Numbered from the stretch's first letter, positions 36,744 through 51,762 are shown. The stretch is 64,000 bases of DNA from Syncephalis fuscata S228 (GCA_025786725.1 JAHLTZ010000006.1:1-64000); one strand, 5' to 3'. The notes: generated by a model from the sequence alone, not told the origin. Made by a program: numbers and translations.

Positions 36744-39700
36744 ATGGTGCAATTGGAATCGAGTCGTTTTATATCTCTAGGCCGTCTTCATCGCCTACCA
36801 GATGACATCCTTGGCCACCTCTTGCTATCCAAACTCGACGATAAAGTAACTAGACGTGTATATAGATATGACGTTTAAACTAATGAAATCGCCTTTAGAC
36901 CTTGTTGCTATTTGGCGCATGTAGTCGTTGGTCTTATGTATTGGCTCGACAAGAATCTCATTGGAGACAACGGTTTCTTGAGTATGTATTGCATGAGCTA
37001 CACGAGGACAAGCCATCAAAGACAATAGCGAAGAAGGCGTCTCGCGTGACTACGAGCACTGCTAGCAGTATCACGCGGCGACAAGCCATGGCACTCTTTG
37101 ATGGCTCGTGGTTCTCGGCCATGCAAAAGTTACGCCAAGTACTCGTGTTAAATAAGCCATACGCTGATATCATGCCAATGTCGTCCATTTCGTCGTCGTT
37201 GTCGTCATCTAACGGTGTTGATGAACAGCCCCGACGGCCATTTGATGGTGCACCTGGTTTATATTGGCCATTACATATACCAGGTAATTAGTATTTATTA
37301 TATACTGAATATACCTAATAGACCCATTCAACAAATAGCCGTTAGATCTTGGTATTTATATGAAAGCTGGCGTCTAGCCCATCTATCATTAGATCATCTA
37401 ATGACGCTAGAAATACCCGAACATCTTACATTAGATTTACTTCATGCGTCTATTCTATCAAATAAGCGATTTCAACGTGATTTCAATGCTACTTGTACAC
37501 CTGCACTGATCAATGGACTGGCCCTTGACTGGCCGGCTTATAAAGGTGCATGGTCTATTGATCAACTGGTGGAGAAGGTTAGTCAATAGACTATTGATTA
37601 GCAATCCGTTAACCCTTTATTTAACAATATTTGTTCATTGATATTATAGTGGGGTGATGTTGCCTTTAGAGTTTCTATTGAACAAGTGGGACCACGACCT
37701 GATCGTATTAGTCGATTTCACTTATCAATTCATGATTATGTCCATTACTGTCGACATCAACAAGATGCTTCACCTATTTATATATTTGATGCTGGATTTG
37801 GTGAACGTACACCTCGTATGCTAGAAGATTACAAGTAGATATAATTACTATATTATGTTTATATTTATTTATTTAAATATAATTAGATACCTCGCTATTT
37901 TGAACAAGATTACTTATCCTACTAGACGCTGTGGATCACCACCTTATCGTTGGTTTGTTATGGGACCGGCTCGTTCGGTAAATATATTAATTAACGTTTA
38001 CATATTGATACTAATACTGGATATCAATATTGTTACTTATAGGCGCATCATGGCATGTGGATCCATCGGGTACTTCTGGTAAATACCAATTATTTAGCAA
38101 TAACTAGTTGAATAGTAGTTATCTAATATGATATCATTATCGTTATCATTGTTAAAAATAGCCTGGAATACATTGATATCGGGGCGTAAGCGTTGGGCAT
38201 TGTATGTTTATTATTTATACAATTTATTATTAATATACTAATACTACATATATATATGTGTATATGTGTATAGATATCCTAACCATGTTATACCCCCTGG
38301 TGTCAAGTCTATAGATACGCTACAACCAATTAACCAAAGTCCAACCTCATTGGCCTGGTATCAAGATATCTATCCTACATTACCACCAGAACAACGCCAT
38401 TAGAGTGTATTCAAGAACCAGGACAGACCATATTTGTACCTGGTGGATGGTGGCATATGGTATTGAATCTAGAGGAAACAGTTGCAATAACTCAAAACTT
38501 TGCTGATGATCATAACTTGGAAGTAGTCTGCAACGAAGTGGTAGCAGATCCTAAAGTAAGACACTAATAGACTATATATATACTAAATACTAATATTATA
38601 CTAACACTATTAATAGTTATGGACAATATTTCAACAAACAGTTATTCAACATCATCCACAACTAAAATCATTTATGTCAAAGTTTAATGAAGATACAGAG
38701 ACCACCAATGATCCAGTGATCATTAAAGAAGGATTCTTAAATAGAACAGCATTTACAGATAGTTTTAAAGATTTAGATCTTTGGAGACCACGTTGTGAAA
38801 CAGCGATTACTCAATTAATAGATATTGATCATAGTAAACAATTAGTATTGCCAGAATTACCACTGGTATTAACGGCACTTAGTACGGGTCAGAATCCAGT
38901 AGGTTATAACATATATTGTTATTGTAATGCACTAATCACTAATAACCATACTATTTAGGTATTTAATGTCAATGATCAATGGATTATTAAATACTATGCC
39001 CATTTAGCAGGTGGTCATCAAGCATATGAGATGGAAGAACGTGTATTACGTGAATGTACTCAACAGAACACTTTATTAAACGATAGAATACCTCGACTAT
39101 TGGCACAGGGTCATTTATACGATGATAGCGATAACGATAAATGGTCATGGCCATATATTATCTATCAACGAGTCAATGGTACTCCACTTCAACCACTTAT
39201 TATAGAAGATAAAGAAGAGTTGGTTGATTGGTCTCAAGTATTACCATGGCTAGCCGATACACTAGCTAGTAAGTCGATAGATTATTATGTATTAATAAAT
39301 ATTGATCATATATTAATAATATATTGTGTATTTATAGAATTACATGTGTCATCACCTAATACATCATTACCACCATCACCACCACACTCATCTTCACAAT
39401 TTCGTCAATATTTACTTGCTTTGAGTAAACATTGTTATACTCGACATCAATCATGGCGACATCTACCACCATGGCTTATTGATGATATTGAGCGATATAT
39501 GAAACCATTTATTCAATGGTTAGAACATGGCATTGTTCAAGGAAGAACCCATCGATATACAGTAAATAGGCAACAAATTGATCAATGGCTATCTCGTGGT
39601 ACATCAATCCATGGTGACTTAAATGCAGCTAATCTCATAGGAGAGACGATGACATCATCAATTCTATCCAATTCATTGTGGCAAATTACAGGTCTTATTG

Positions 39701-40092
39701 ATTTTGCTGATACTAAACAGTATGCGGATCCATTGTGGGATTTTATTCCATTACATATATCCGTATTTGGTGGTAATGTATCTAGATTCCATGCATTTCT
39801 ATCTCAATATCGGTCTCGTGTACCTCTACACTATATTGATTGTAGTCGTAGAAAGTTACCATTTATGGCGGCTACCTCATCATCGGCAAAGCATCGACAT
39901 CGTGTTCCTTTATCCCTACTCACCGCTTCAACACGCCACTATCCATTCCCGCTTGAGTATATTCTAACCTGCTATCTACTACTATGGCCCTATGAAGGCG
40001 TGGTTCGATGGTTAGTATCCATTCGATCTGAACTATGTGCTTGTCGACGATTAGATGAATTATCATATCAATTATGGCTATCCTCGGCTTAA
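36744..40092 (+). CDS. F-box-like + JmjC (JMJD6-like) + APH/choline-kinase-like fusion protein
   Basis: [12 protein letters not shown]; [63 protein letters not shown]; C-terminal [10 protein letters not shown] and IDFAD. Several apparent 1-nt deletions. Confidence 0.8.
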
Positions 40093-40262
40093 TAAAGATA
40101 TTACACGTATATACATACATACACATACACATACACATATGTTTCATTTAAATAGTTTAATAATAAATGCCAGCTTATAAGCATACGCACAGACATAGAC
40201 ACGCACATACTCATGATGATCAGGCGATGAATAAACTGTATGATAGATTGATCAACTAGGAT

Positions 40263-41317
40263 TTACATCGACTGCATTTCATTGTCTTTCCAGTAGCCAA
40301 TGAGTTTGACTTGGAATTCGGCTGCTTGAACCCAGAACAATTTCTATAATTACATATAGATAGATTAGATATATGATATGAATAGATAATAGATGATAGA
40401 TGTACTTACCAGTAGATGGGATTGGTTAGGTGATAGCGTGTCACCCTCATTGCATATTGTATAAGGCTGCTCAATAACCAATTTACCGCCATCTCGTCGT
40501 AGGGGAATACCTAGTGAACGTAATTGTGTATCCATATTACCGGGGAATGGATCTTCACCTCTCATAAGTGTACCCTCTGGTATAGTAACTGTTTGGTCAA
40601 TTCTATTGCCGGTACGTGCATAATCTGGCTTGCGGAATTCATCGAAATAACTAGATATTATATTATATGAATTAATATACATGTTATTAATAATATAATA
40701 TAATTACTTACCGAACAACATCATCTAATGATTCATTGGTAAATAAAAGACCCACTTCACCGACCAATCTCTAATTATAGTTATTAGACAATCAGATATA
40801 CTTATTATGAATAGTCATAATAACTTACCGATGATAGTTTTTCAAGATTTTCTTTATAGGCTGATTCCGGTGAATCACCCAATGCTTTAACCAATACTTT
40901 GTTACTACCAAATAGGAATCTATTTATATTAATAGTATTAGTATTAGTATTTATGTTGTATATTGTATATTGTATATCTAGTTATATTGATTACTTACCG
41001 ACTATCGGCCATGGCCTTACGTATTTCCTTCATATATTGATTACGCATATTAGATACGGAAAAGACAAAGATAGTGGAATATTGATCGGCACATTCTCGG
41101 ACCTATTTATTATAGTTAGTATATATATATATATTAAAGTCAAATGACTCGCTAGTAATAACATCTACCTTTTCAATAAGCGATTCCTTCTCAGTACGGC
41201 CTTTACGTGTTGCCTGGGTCAATGAGACTATAGTATATAGACGCTAGTTAGTCATCATTTATAAAAGTACAATAGTTAAATAAACATACAGATCTTTTGA
41301 CGTTTTGATTTAGGCAT
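40263..41317 (-). CDS. MRT4: Ribosome assembly factor Mrt4
   Basis: MPKSKRQK, FSVSNMRNQYMK, FLFGSNKVLVKALG, DYARTGN, QLRSLGIP, ICNEGDTLSPNQSHLL. Confidence 0.93.
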
Positions 41318-41514
41318 CTTGATTTAGTATATAAAGAAAATGTCGTTCGTTGAAAGAAAAGAACAAAACCGTAAAAGAAGGGCGTTTGAAATAATAAAAA
41401 GAAAAAAAGAAAAAAAACTAATCCAATCACACCATAAAATCAATTATTTTTACGAGCATTAGCATCAATGGTATTTATTTATTTATTTGTTAATATTAAT
41501 ACAGTCCATTTAAA

Positions 41515-43769
41515 TTAAGACTTTCTTTTAGCCAAACAACGACGACAATACCATTCAGCTCCTTCTTCAGCCATTTCAGGTCCTATGCCAACACATTCAC
41601 CATGGAACCAGACTGCACATTGATCACAAGCAATCATAAATCTACCATGATCTATAGTAGGCGTATCACATATACAGTTGATAACCTCTTCAGTATCATT
41701 ATATTGCGTAGATGGATTAGTAACAGTGCTAGAAGTAGATGGTCCTAATAAAGGAGTTGTAGTAATAGTGTTGTGGTTAGTAGACAGTTTAGATACTGGA
41801 GATGGAGAGGGTGGTGGTGGTAATCCAATCGATATCTTGCCAATCTTCAACCTAATCTTTGGTAGACCAGTACTGGCCGGTGTAGATACGGTTGATGGTG
41901 TTGATACTGACGTTACTGTAGATAATGAGTTATTGGCGGCTATTGATGTTACTGATGCAGTAGAAGTTGGTTTTACTTTCATAGTAGTTGGTGTGGATAC
42001 TGATGATGGCACTGATACTGTAGGTGTATTTACTTTACTACTGTTACTACCTATTGCCGTTACTATAGATCGATGATCTAATTTCTTTTCTAAAGACTGT
42101 TTTGTAGATGTTGCCGATATCACTCGATTAGTATTAATCGCTGATGGCGTTGGTGTTGATGGTGGCGGTAATGGCTTATGAGGAATAACTACATTTACTA
42201 CAGACGGCGCATTCTTTTCAGTATGTGACACCTTTTTGGTTGACTTCTCTTCAGTAATCATAGGTAGATTCTTGGATAATTGACTACTCTTTAATTTAAT
42301 AGTCGGTGTTGATACAGAGGATGTGCTATCCTTTGATGATGATGACGGTGGTGGAATAGATCGACCTCGAATAGTATAATTATTAGTCACTAGACGGGCT
42401 ACCACAGCTGGCTGCATTAGATGCTGTACGGTATCCGATACAGATGGCACTTTGCCTAATTCACAGGGACCAAATAGTGTATCCATTGGAGCAGCCATGA
42501 CTCGTTTAGGCGCTGTAATAAGTGATAACTGTGGTCCAGTGACTGTTGCTCCAACCGGTGGTGGTGCAGGCTGTTTGATATGCTTTACACTGACTTTTGG
42601 TTTATCTTCAACGACAAAAATGCCTGGATAGTCAATTTGCATGAAATCATCGAGTAATGTCTCGGGTACTTCAAACTGTAGTGTATTATTCAATGCAGTT
42701 GAAGAAGCGATAGTTTTAGGTAATGGAGTTGCTGCATCTGCTGATTGTAGAGCAATAAGGGCCAGTTGATCAGCTTGTTCTGCATTATAATGGCGTCGTT
42801 TTCGTTTTATTTTCTGTGTATGATGATCAGATGGATTAGAAGTAGTTAAAGAGGAAGAAGAAGAAGGTGGAAGAGGTGTAGCATCTATATGATCAGTTAC
42901 AGTATAACTATTATCTGTTGTTGTTGTTACTGATGGTGTTGTTGAAATAAATGGTTGTGTAGATGTTAATATTAATTGTGAATGGCTATTTAATTCTTCT
43001 GTAGTTCCATTTAATGGTAATTGAGGTAAATGTTGAGGAATATAATATGGACGATGATCTGGTTCTTCTACAGGTAGTTTAATAGATTCTAATGGATTTA
43101 CATCTGTATCTATTTGCATCATAGATAAATGATCTTCTTTGCTTCTTCTCCTTCTTCTTTTACATCTTCTTCTTCTTCGTCATCTGTCTTGTATTCATAT
43201 AGTAAATAAGGTGATCCAGGTGGTACACGTCCTGATTGTACTAATTGTTGTAAAACAGATACAGCATTACCACTAATCGCTTTTACACTCGTTTCAGCTT
43301 CATTTAAACACCAATGTCGTAATTCGCCTTGATTTCTACCCATCGTGCCACCATATCCCGCTTCACTATCAACATTACTGCCGCCACCACCGCCTGTGCC
43401 TACACGATCCAAAGCGATAGCCATATCCTGTAGTGTTGCTTGAGTACGACCAGCCATTTCTGCAGCCATTTTAACGGTTCGGCCTAATTGTCCAAGTTTA
43501 AGGGCAAGTAATTCAGCTAGTACTTGAGTTGACGTCGTGGTAAGATGCGTAAATGGAGTAGCACGGGCCACAATACGAGAGGCTAGTGTACGTAGCATTA
43601 GATGACAGAAATCAGCTGTATCTGGTGACTGTATGCCATTAAGCATATATGGTTGTGTTGTCGTGGACAATAGACTAGAAGACGCTTTGGCCGTGGTTGT
43701 GGCTGTGGTAGATCCTCCAATTCGACCTGATCTACCACTATTACCGCTAATACGGTATGGATTAGGCAT
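41515..43769 (-). CDS. TAF3-like protein: N-terminal Bromo_TP histone fold, long S/T/P linker, C-terminal PHD finger
   Basis: LGQLGRTVKMAAEMAGRTQATLQDMAIAL (histone fold) and CIC...MIACDQCAVWFHGECVGI...WYCRRC (PHD). The two ORFs join if one A is added at ~43139. Confidence 0.7.
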
Positions 43770-44104
43770 ATTGCTACTCCTATCACTATATCACTATATC
43801 ACTATATATATATATAAATACCTGTAGTATTATAAAATACGGATACTAGTGAAATACGTATGAATAATGAGAGTAAGTGGGTGAGTGAGGAGAGGGGATC
43901 GATGAAGTGAATTAAAAGATAAATTGTAATGACTATGGTCAATAAGTTAAATAATAAAACTATTGATCGTAAATAAAGCGTTCAATTCCTGGTCGTCCAT
44001 TTCTACACTTTCTTTTATTCAATACACATTCTACTGATCAGTAGAACTATTAACACTAAACAAGTCTATTCAGTATATATTAACGTGAATATAGCCATAC
44101 AACA

Positions 44105-44715
44105 ATGGAATCCACTACTTCTACTATTAGGAATGATAATCAAATTGACACGACATTCCAACTGGACGAGGAACGTGTTCATGAAAACTATCGACTTGGT
44201 AAAGCGATTGATAATTTATGGCTATGTCATAGTAAGTAACATCTATCTATTTCAGTATAGTATTAACTCTATAGAATAGCACTAGGCCATCACTTTCTAG
44301 ACTATTATCGATATGGACAACGTCGTTCATGTACTGATAAATGGGAGCATGTCAAGTTCTGTATGAAATTAAATACCATGTCAGAAGAGACCAAACAAGT
44401 AAGTAGTTTAATACATTATTGTTCAATCAACTGAATAAAACCATTATCTACATCAATATACGATTAATAACACTAGAAAGAAATTTATACTCGAGAAAAA
44501 GCAAAATGGGAGTTAAAACGTCAAAAACCAAATTTGAATAATATTTGGACAGAGCGTAGGTAAGTACTATGATGAATATGACAATATATCATATATATAC
44601 TGGATCATTAAACTAAATTGACTAAATTGACTCATATCACTATCATCTTCATTATACAATTTATAGTGAACCGCCTTCTCCTTTTAAACCTTATACTGAA
44701 TCATCTCACGTGTAA
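44105..44715 (+). CDS. EMI1: Emi1/DUF3128-family small protein, 4 exons
   Basis: Manual splicing gives LWLCHTLGHHFLDYYRYGQRRSCTDKWEHVKFCMKL...NIWTER. Confidence 0.7.
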
Positions 44716-44821
44716 ATACTATGTCCACACGTAGTATTGTCCCTCATGTCCATTCATCGACTAGGCTGGAATAAATGCATAATCTATAATAAATAGGATA
44801 AGTATACTTCTACAGTACATA

Positions 44822-45799
44822 TTAATCAATATTACCACGATTTTGACCATATTCTGCCTCTAATTCAGCCCATTCATCATTCTCTATCTGTTCCGTCTCC
44901 TGTTTACTACTTATCATTGACTTGTTGGGTATTGAAGGTGCGTGTTCTAATTGTTGTTCAACCTTAGATGACAATGGCTCTAGTAGTGGTAGTGGTGGTG
45001 GTAGTGATGGTGCCGATATAGAAGTGCGTACCCGATCCAATTGAGCTGCGTCTTCTTCAGCTTGTACCATGTCATTAAGTTCATTTTCAATATCATGTAA
45101 CTCTTCTGGCGTGAGACGTTCTGTAATGGCCTCTTCCACTTCCTATATACATAGTATTAATGTTAATAACAGTTATAGAATAATGAATGCATTCATAAAT
45201 TAGTTCATTATTATTAAATACGCTATTATATCTATTTACTTTTTGATAAGCCAAAGCACCGGCCGTCTCTTCCATTAATTGATCAACAGCATCGAGAGAC
45301 AACTCCTTTTGAATTTCTATCAATACTCTATTACCATTTTTAATGCCTTCTATAATACTGCGTTGTACAGTGGCAAATTCAATGGATTGTGTCTAAATAC
45401 AATTTACATTAATAAAATATTCATTTGTTAGAATAAACAGTATTACCAGTTCTTCCAGATTCATCAATTGTACATCCGTCTTTTCCAACAGTCCTTCTTG
45501 GTAACGACGTTTCTTTAAGGCTAGTAATGCCCGTCTTCGGTCACCACGTACCAAATGATGACGGGCTACTAATTGCTCATGTTCCAGAACAGTCTGAATC
45601 TATTTAAATAGTATTCAATAAGTGTACAAATAAGCATAACCAAGTGTCATCTCTAAGGATATACTGATGGCAGTCCGTTGAATGCTACTCTGCTTACCTT
45701 TAACTGATAGTGTTGCAACTTATCACGCTGTACTTTTAGTTCTAATATTGCTCTGTCTTGCTCTGTGATACCAGTCTGTTTAACCAGTACATTGCCCAT
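44822..45799 (-). CDS. VPS20: ESCRT-III subunit Vps20/CHMP6
   Basis: MG N-terminus, ITEQDRAILELKVQRDKL, ALLALKKRRYQEGLL, SIEFATVQ, AVDQLMEET. Confidence 0.9.
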
Positions 45800-46054
45800 G
45801 GTATATACGTTGACTGGTATATACACCTATTGTTGGCAGAAATGACAAGTGTAGGAGTAAGTGTAGCAATATGAAATAATTTCCGAAGCAAAAGTACAAA
45901 TGTGTACAAAAAAGAAAGACTATTAATTGATTCATTGATGGTGTCGATAATTAAAATAAACAACGTCAGTTAAACGACTTTTATTTGTCTAATCACTTTT
46001 ACACGATTGAATAGCATTGTTGTTACTGTTACTGTTATTGATAGTATAAGTACT

Positions 46055-49000
46055 ATGGCTGCAACCGCTTCGGTAGTAACACTGCCACCACAAGCATTGG
46101 CGCTTGATCCTAATTTGGCGCGTTATCTTAACCAGGATCAGATCCTTCCAGCATGTCAAACATTAATGTCGACACTTAGTAAAACACTGGCACCTACCGG
46201 TTACAGTACAGGCGACGATATTCCGCGTCGTCTTCATAGCCAACTAACAGATATATGTAACGCATTCTTTGGTAGTAATGGGCGACGGTAAGTATTGATA
46301 CGTGAAATACCAACATTAATATTAATCATATTTATATAACTTGATATAGTGGATGGCTTCACAAATCACTTAATAAAACAGAAGAGAATGCGATACGGGC
46401 ACTATTTAATCCATCAGGTCCATTAATACGCCAACTATTTAGAGGATGTAATCGTGATGATTTACTCTTTCAAGTACCGATTGATAAATTGCCTGTAAGT
46501 TATTTGTCTACTCTATTTGCATAGTAGTATAACAGATGAATATGATAGCCTCGATGGAAGACTATTATTCAAGAGGGTCGGCATCTTGAATTGCCCAATT
46601 CAATTCGTATTCGATTAGAGACGAGTAAAACTATTAATCGACCAGGCACAGCTATTAATCCAACGGCTAGTATGACAGCATCAACTACAGCCAGTTTACT
46701 TGGTAAACATCCTAGTAATCCTGCTGGAAAAGCCCCTATAGTAGAACAAGCGACCACATTTAAGCTCTGTATCCTTTAATTACTAATACTATAGTATTAT
46801 TGATTTTTAAATAGCGTATATTGCCTTAACGATTGTTGTTGTTACTATCGTAATTAGATATGCTTGAATATTGGATGTTTTGTTTTATTAGATCATTAAC
46901 TACAGGAACGGGCAGTGTATTCAGTACAGGTGGTAACTACGTAAGTTCTAATGAATCAGCCATTAGACCATCAGGACCACCGACTATTTATCAAGAATTG
47001 GCTATTGATCTACTACATTACTTTCTTCCATTGCCGGATAAACTAAGTAAAAAGGCGTCTGGTGTATTTGAAAGCAGGTAAATATAGGTAGAAATGTATA
47101 CCTTTGAATAAATAGCATAATAACAAATACAACTATTATTATAGAACACTAGACTCTTATGTTGATCAAGCGGTTAGAATGGATAGTACGCTGTTCTTAT
47201 TTACAGTGGCTGCTGAATGCTGGTTACCTTCAGTGCGCAATTATAATTCAGCCACTAAGTCAAGTAGTTCAATTGTAGGTTATATATATATATACTCTAT
47301 TAATACTGTATATTAATAAAATGATTAGTCATTTGCTATTGCTCGATTTGCCTATGAACTGGTAGCACATGTTACCGATACCGATTTACGTACTTTAGAG
47401 ACGCCATCCAACGAGAATAATATTCGACTTCAAGCTTATGGTTCAGTTAAAAAGTAAGTTATTATATATTAATACAATAGTATGTCAATATACTAATTAA
47501 CTATTTAAATAGTTCGGTGTATAATATTGTACGGGAGCGTCTGTACCCATTTTTGTACCAAGCATTAGAAACATGTCCATTGGATGCCACTTATGAAGAG
47601 GTAATGATTTATAAGAATAGTGTTACTAATACTAACATTGAAATAAATAGATTGTATCTATTTGGTTAATCTATTTAACACCATGGCATATGTTTGTTGA
47701 AAAGAATAGCAAAGATCAAGCTATATTAAAGCCAAATGAGCTAGAAAAACAATGGTAATTAGCCATGATTGTACCATTGAATTGATAGATAACGTTTAAT
47801 ATGAATATATAGGAAAGTGTTCATTTTGGACAATCTACTATTCTATACACGATTAGTACAGATATTCTTGCAACGAGCATCACAATTCGATGTTATTGGA
47901 AGACAAGAGAAGACAACGGCCAATTGGCCCAATTCAAATACCTATGGAATTGGTTCAACAGGCGCATCTCCATCTGCTCAGCGTTCGCTTAATTGGCGAG
48001 TACAATGTCGTTTAGTAGAGCGACTTATGGAGAAACTTGGTCTTATTGGCCTAATAGATATTTTAAAAGAAGGTAATTAATTTGATATCTAGATGCATTA
48101 ATATTAATACTATAGGGCATAAATAGGCGAGATTATTATGTTAAATAAAGATGGTGATATGATAGGCAACGATATAGCCGCTCTAAGTAGACATCCAATG
48201 GTGAACACAACGGCTACAGTTATTCCATCTCATAGAACCGATACCAAAGATGTTGTTTTACGAGCCAGATGGCATCAATTGTCATCAGAGAAATACGATT
48301 GTTTATATCTTACCGTCAGACCACATGCTACAGTAAGTGGTTATTAAACACCATTAATTGACTATTAATGTAGTGATATAGATTATGCGGGCCCTTGCTC
48401 ATTTCCGTTTGGCTGAGAAATCTTGTCAAGAAAAGTTAAAGGAATTGGATCCACTTGCTCTCGTCTTTAAAGAGGGCAAATCGCCGGAAGAAGTGGCACA
48501 GGCTACGGCGGCCCTTACCGCCTCCCAATTAAACGAAAGCTTTATCCAAAAAGCAATCACTACAGTAAAGAAGTGGAGACAAGGGGATCAACATGAGCGT
48601 AAAGTACAGCAATTACAGCGCTATATTCGAGTAATTGGTGGGGTGGCCGACAACATTCAAACAGCATTCAAAGTAGGTTTATAGTATAGAATATACAGAA
48701 TATATAGAACAATAGTATTTATAATAATGGTAATGATAGATCTCTGAAGAGGCCACGCGCCAATTAGGTCTTTATGCAGCAAATCAAGGTACTGATTATG
48801 CTGGTCTATGGGCCGAAGTATTGCCTACTGATTCAAATGTACTATCCCCTACGGGTCGACGTATGGTAAGTAGATATTCTAATAGATGTGGTAGTAGATG
48901 GTGGCTATTTACGCTGTATTCTCTATTAGGTACGTCAAGGATGGCGTAAATGTTCACCCACCGGTATTAAACCTCGTGGTCCACGTGCTCAAGCATTTGT

Positions 49001-49388
49001 TATGAGTTATGAGAATGCATGGCTAGTTGAATGGACACTATTGGCTGAGCAATGGTTAAATGAAGAGGTAAGTAATCAGTAGATTAGAATACACACGCCA
49101 CTAATACATTGTTATGTTATGTTATTAATATAACATTATATTATATAGTTGGTTAATCTGGTTGATGAGAGAACGATTATACAAATACCGACCATTCGAC
49201 TACGATGGCTGGCCAATTATGTTAATCTAGCGCATGTATTGCTTTGGTGTTGGTTAACTGCATACTGGCCATTCTTTGGTCTATTCCTTCTAGGCCTACT
49301 TTTATTAGGATGGCTTGTTGTTTATGGCATCGAACGATTAAGTCATTTAACAGGCAATAATAGCGACAGCAGTAATGTCAATCTTTAA
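46055..49388 (+). CDS. SMPD4 (mit_SMPDase/nSMase3)-like protein, multi-exon
   Basis: LEYWMFCF, WLIYLTPW, ENLLFY-like DNLLFY, MSYENAWLV and RLRWLANY, followed by C-terminal transmembrane helices; family assignment from recalled motifs. Confidence 0.6.
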
Positions 49389-49435
49389 TCGTATCAATAA
49401 CAATAAAAATGATTTTTCTTATTATTATTATATTA

Positions 49436-49970
49436 TCAATAAACTATATTGGTTTCTAGAATTACAAAGGCTACCACATAATCACCATCATGAGAGATGG
49501 AAAGATGACTGTATGAAACTATGTTTTGTTGATCAGTCATATTAAAGCGTATCTTTGGTTGACCTAAATGGTTTCAATAACAGATAGAATAACAATGTCA
49601 ATATAATTACCTTTATCTTTATAAATTGAGACATCACTCCATTTAAGTATTCGATGTGGATAGTATGCCTTGTAGATAGCTTCTTTAGCAGCCCACCTGT
49701 TAGATCATAGTATATTATTATTTATTATTTATTGTATTAATCAACTTACCGAGTGGCTAAATAACGAATATTGACATCAGTTGTTAAGTTGTTATCATGG
49801 TTATTAGCAGTATCAATAATATACTTTTGTTTCCATTCTACTAGTTCGCTCGGTGATAGAATACGACGTGTAAACTTATGTATAGCCCAGGAATTACGCG
49901 TAATTACTTTATGAATACGTGATAATTGTACAATATCTGTACCAATTCCGAGAATTCGACTACTTTGCAT
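49436..49970 (-). CDS. PPT2: AcpS-type 4'-phosphopantetheinyl transferase
   Basis: ILGIGTDIV, YLATR|WAAKEAIYKA, HLSISHDGDYVVAFV. Confidence 0.9.
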
Positions 49971-50061
49971 GCTTATTGGAATCTATAAACGTAGTTGTAA
50001 TAGGTGTAGTTAAATAAATAATAGGAAAATTATAACTTTGATATCTCCATTCTTTATTACC

Positions 50062-51762
50062 ATGAACTGGTTATTGAAAACCATACTCTTCATAACATTA
50101 TGGCTAGTCTCTAGTCATTATAGTGTATTGACTGGTACTTTTTCTAAAGTACTGGCCTCTTCATCCGAGGAATGGCTAACCGCACCCGGGGTTGACTTAA
50201 CACCAGACGATAGCGATAGTACAGACGTGGAACAAGGACCAGCTGCTCTAGCTCAATTGTTAGAAAATGATATGGCCACTGCTAATATAACGGCTGCTGC
50301 AATACACCATAGTAAACAATTCAAAGGTGGTCCTACTCTGGCCTATATTACACCATGGCATCGAGATGGTTGGTAGGATTGATAAATACTAAAATATACT
50401 AACTAAATATAACAGGCTATGATGTGGCCAAACAGTACCATTATATATTTGATTAGTAAGTCATTTATTTACAAATAATAATGGATGAATAGCAATTCTA
50501 ATGATACCAATAGTCTATCGCCAACATGGTTTCTAGTAGAGCGTCAGTAAGTCACATGTCAACTATATTTATTTAATCATAATAGTTACATTATGTTGAC
50601 AATTATTACAGTGCTACATTAGATTATAAAATAGTCGGCGAACATGATATCTCTCTCAATTGGTTAGAATCTATTCAAACACTATCAAAAGAGAAAAGAG
50701 GGAAAATTGTACCTCGATTTTCATTTCATCAATGGCAATACACTGACTATATTGCCTTCGTAAATGATCAGTCAGAACAACAAGCACTAGTAGAAGAAAT
50801 AGTAGACATGTGTCGGTTAGTATCAATCAAATTAGCGTATACTCTTCTAATAATAATAATAATATAGGAAATATAAATTTGATGGATTAGTACTCGAAAC
50901 ATCTATTACACATTTACTGTCACCATTTATACGTCTGCTATCAACGATATTACGACAAGATGAACAATATACTGATAATCTACCTATTATCGTTGTTGTT
51001 ATTCCTCCATATCCACCACCAACATCTGACAATAGTGATGGTTCATTGCCGTTATCAGCATGGATAGATCAGTTGGGAGATTCAGTTGATGCGTTCTCTC
51101 TAATGTCTTATGATTACACTGTTGGCGGTCATGGTAATGGGTAGGTTAATCAAGACTACCACTCATTTAACTATTAATAATAACAAATGAATTAGCCAAG
51201 GACCTAATGCGCCATTAGAATGGATGCGTGGACTGTTAAAGAGTTTTGAATTAAATAGACAGTCATTACACCATCCAGTATTGCTATTAGGATTAAATCT
51301 TTATGGTTATATTTTAAGTGAACAACAAGCACCTCGAGCTATTATTGGGAAGGATTTCATGGCATTAGTGCAACAGCATGGCTTCCATAGTGATTCGGCG
51401 TATGTATGGGATATTGATAGTAAAGAACATGTGTTATGGTATTTAGTTGATAATATAGCTCATGCAGCATGGTATCCATCTATGGAGGTAGCTACTACAG
51501 TAATGATAGCAACAAACTATTTACTAATATTATTGCTTTATAGTCAATTCGACTTCGACTAAAACTTGCTGAAGAATATAAAGGTAATGTTTCAATGCAA
51601 TATTATTATTACCGGTAATATTAATAAGTATAATCTATAATATAATTAGTTGGAATAGCACTATGGGAAATTGGACAAGGATTGAATATGTTTGTAAGTA
51701 ATATGTATTTAATATGTATTTACTATTATATTAACACGAACAAAAAGTACGATCTATTTTAA
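50062..51762 (+). CDS. CHID1: Chitinase domain-containing protein 1 (GH18, SI-CLP-like)
   Basis: Signal peptide; LAYITPW..GYDVAK, LSPTWF, FDGLVLE, FSLMSYDY, GPNAPLEW, LLGLNLYG, WYPS, GIALWEIGQGL. Confidence 0.85.
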
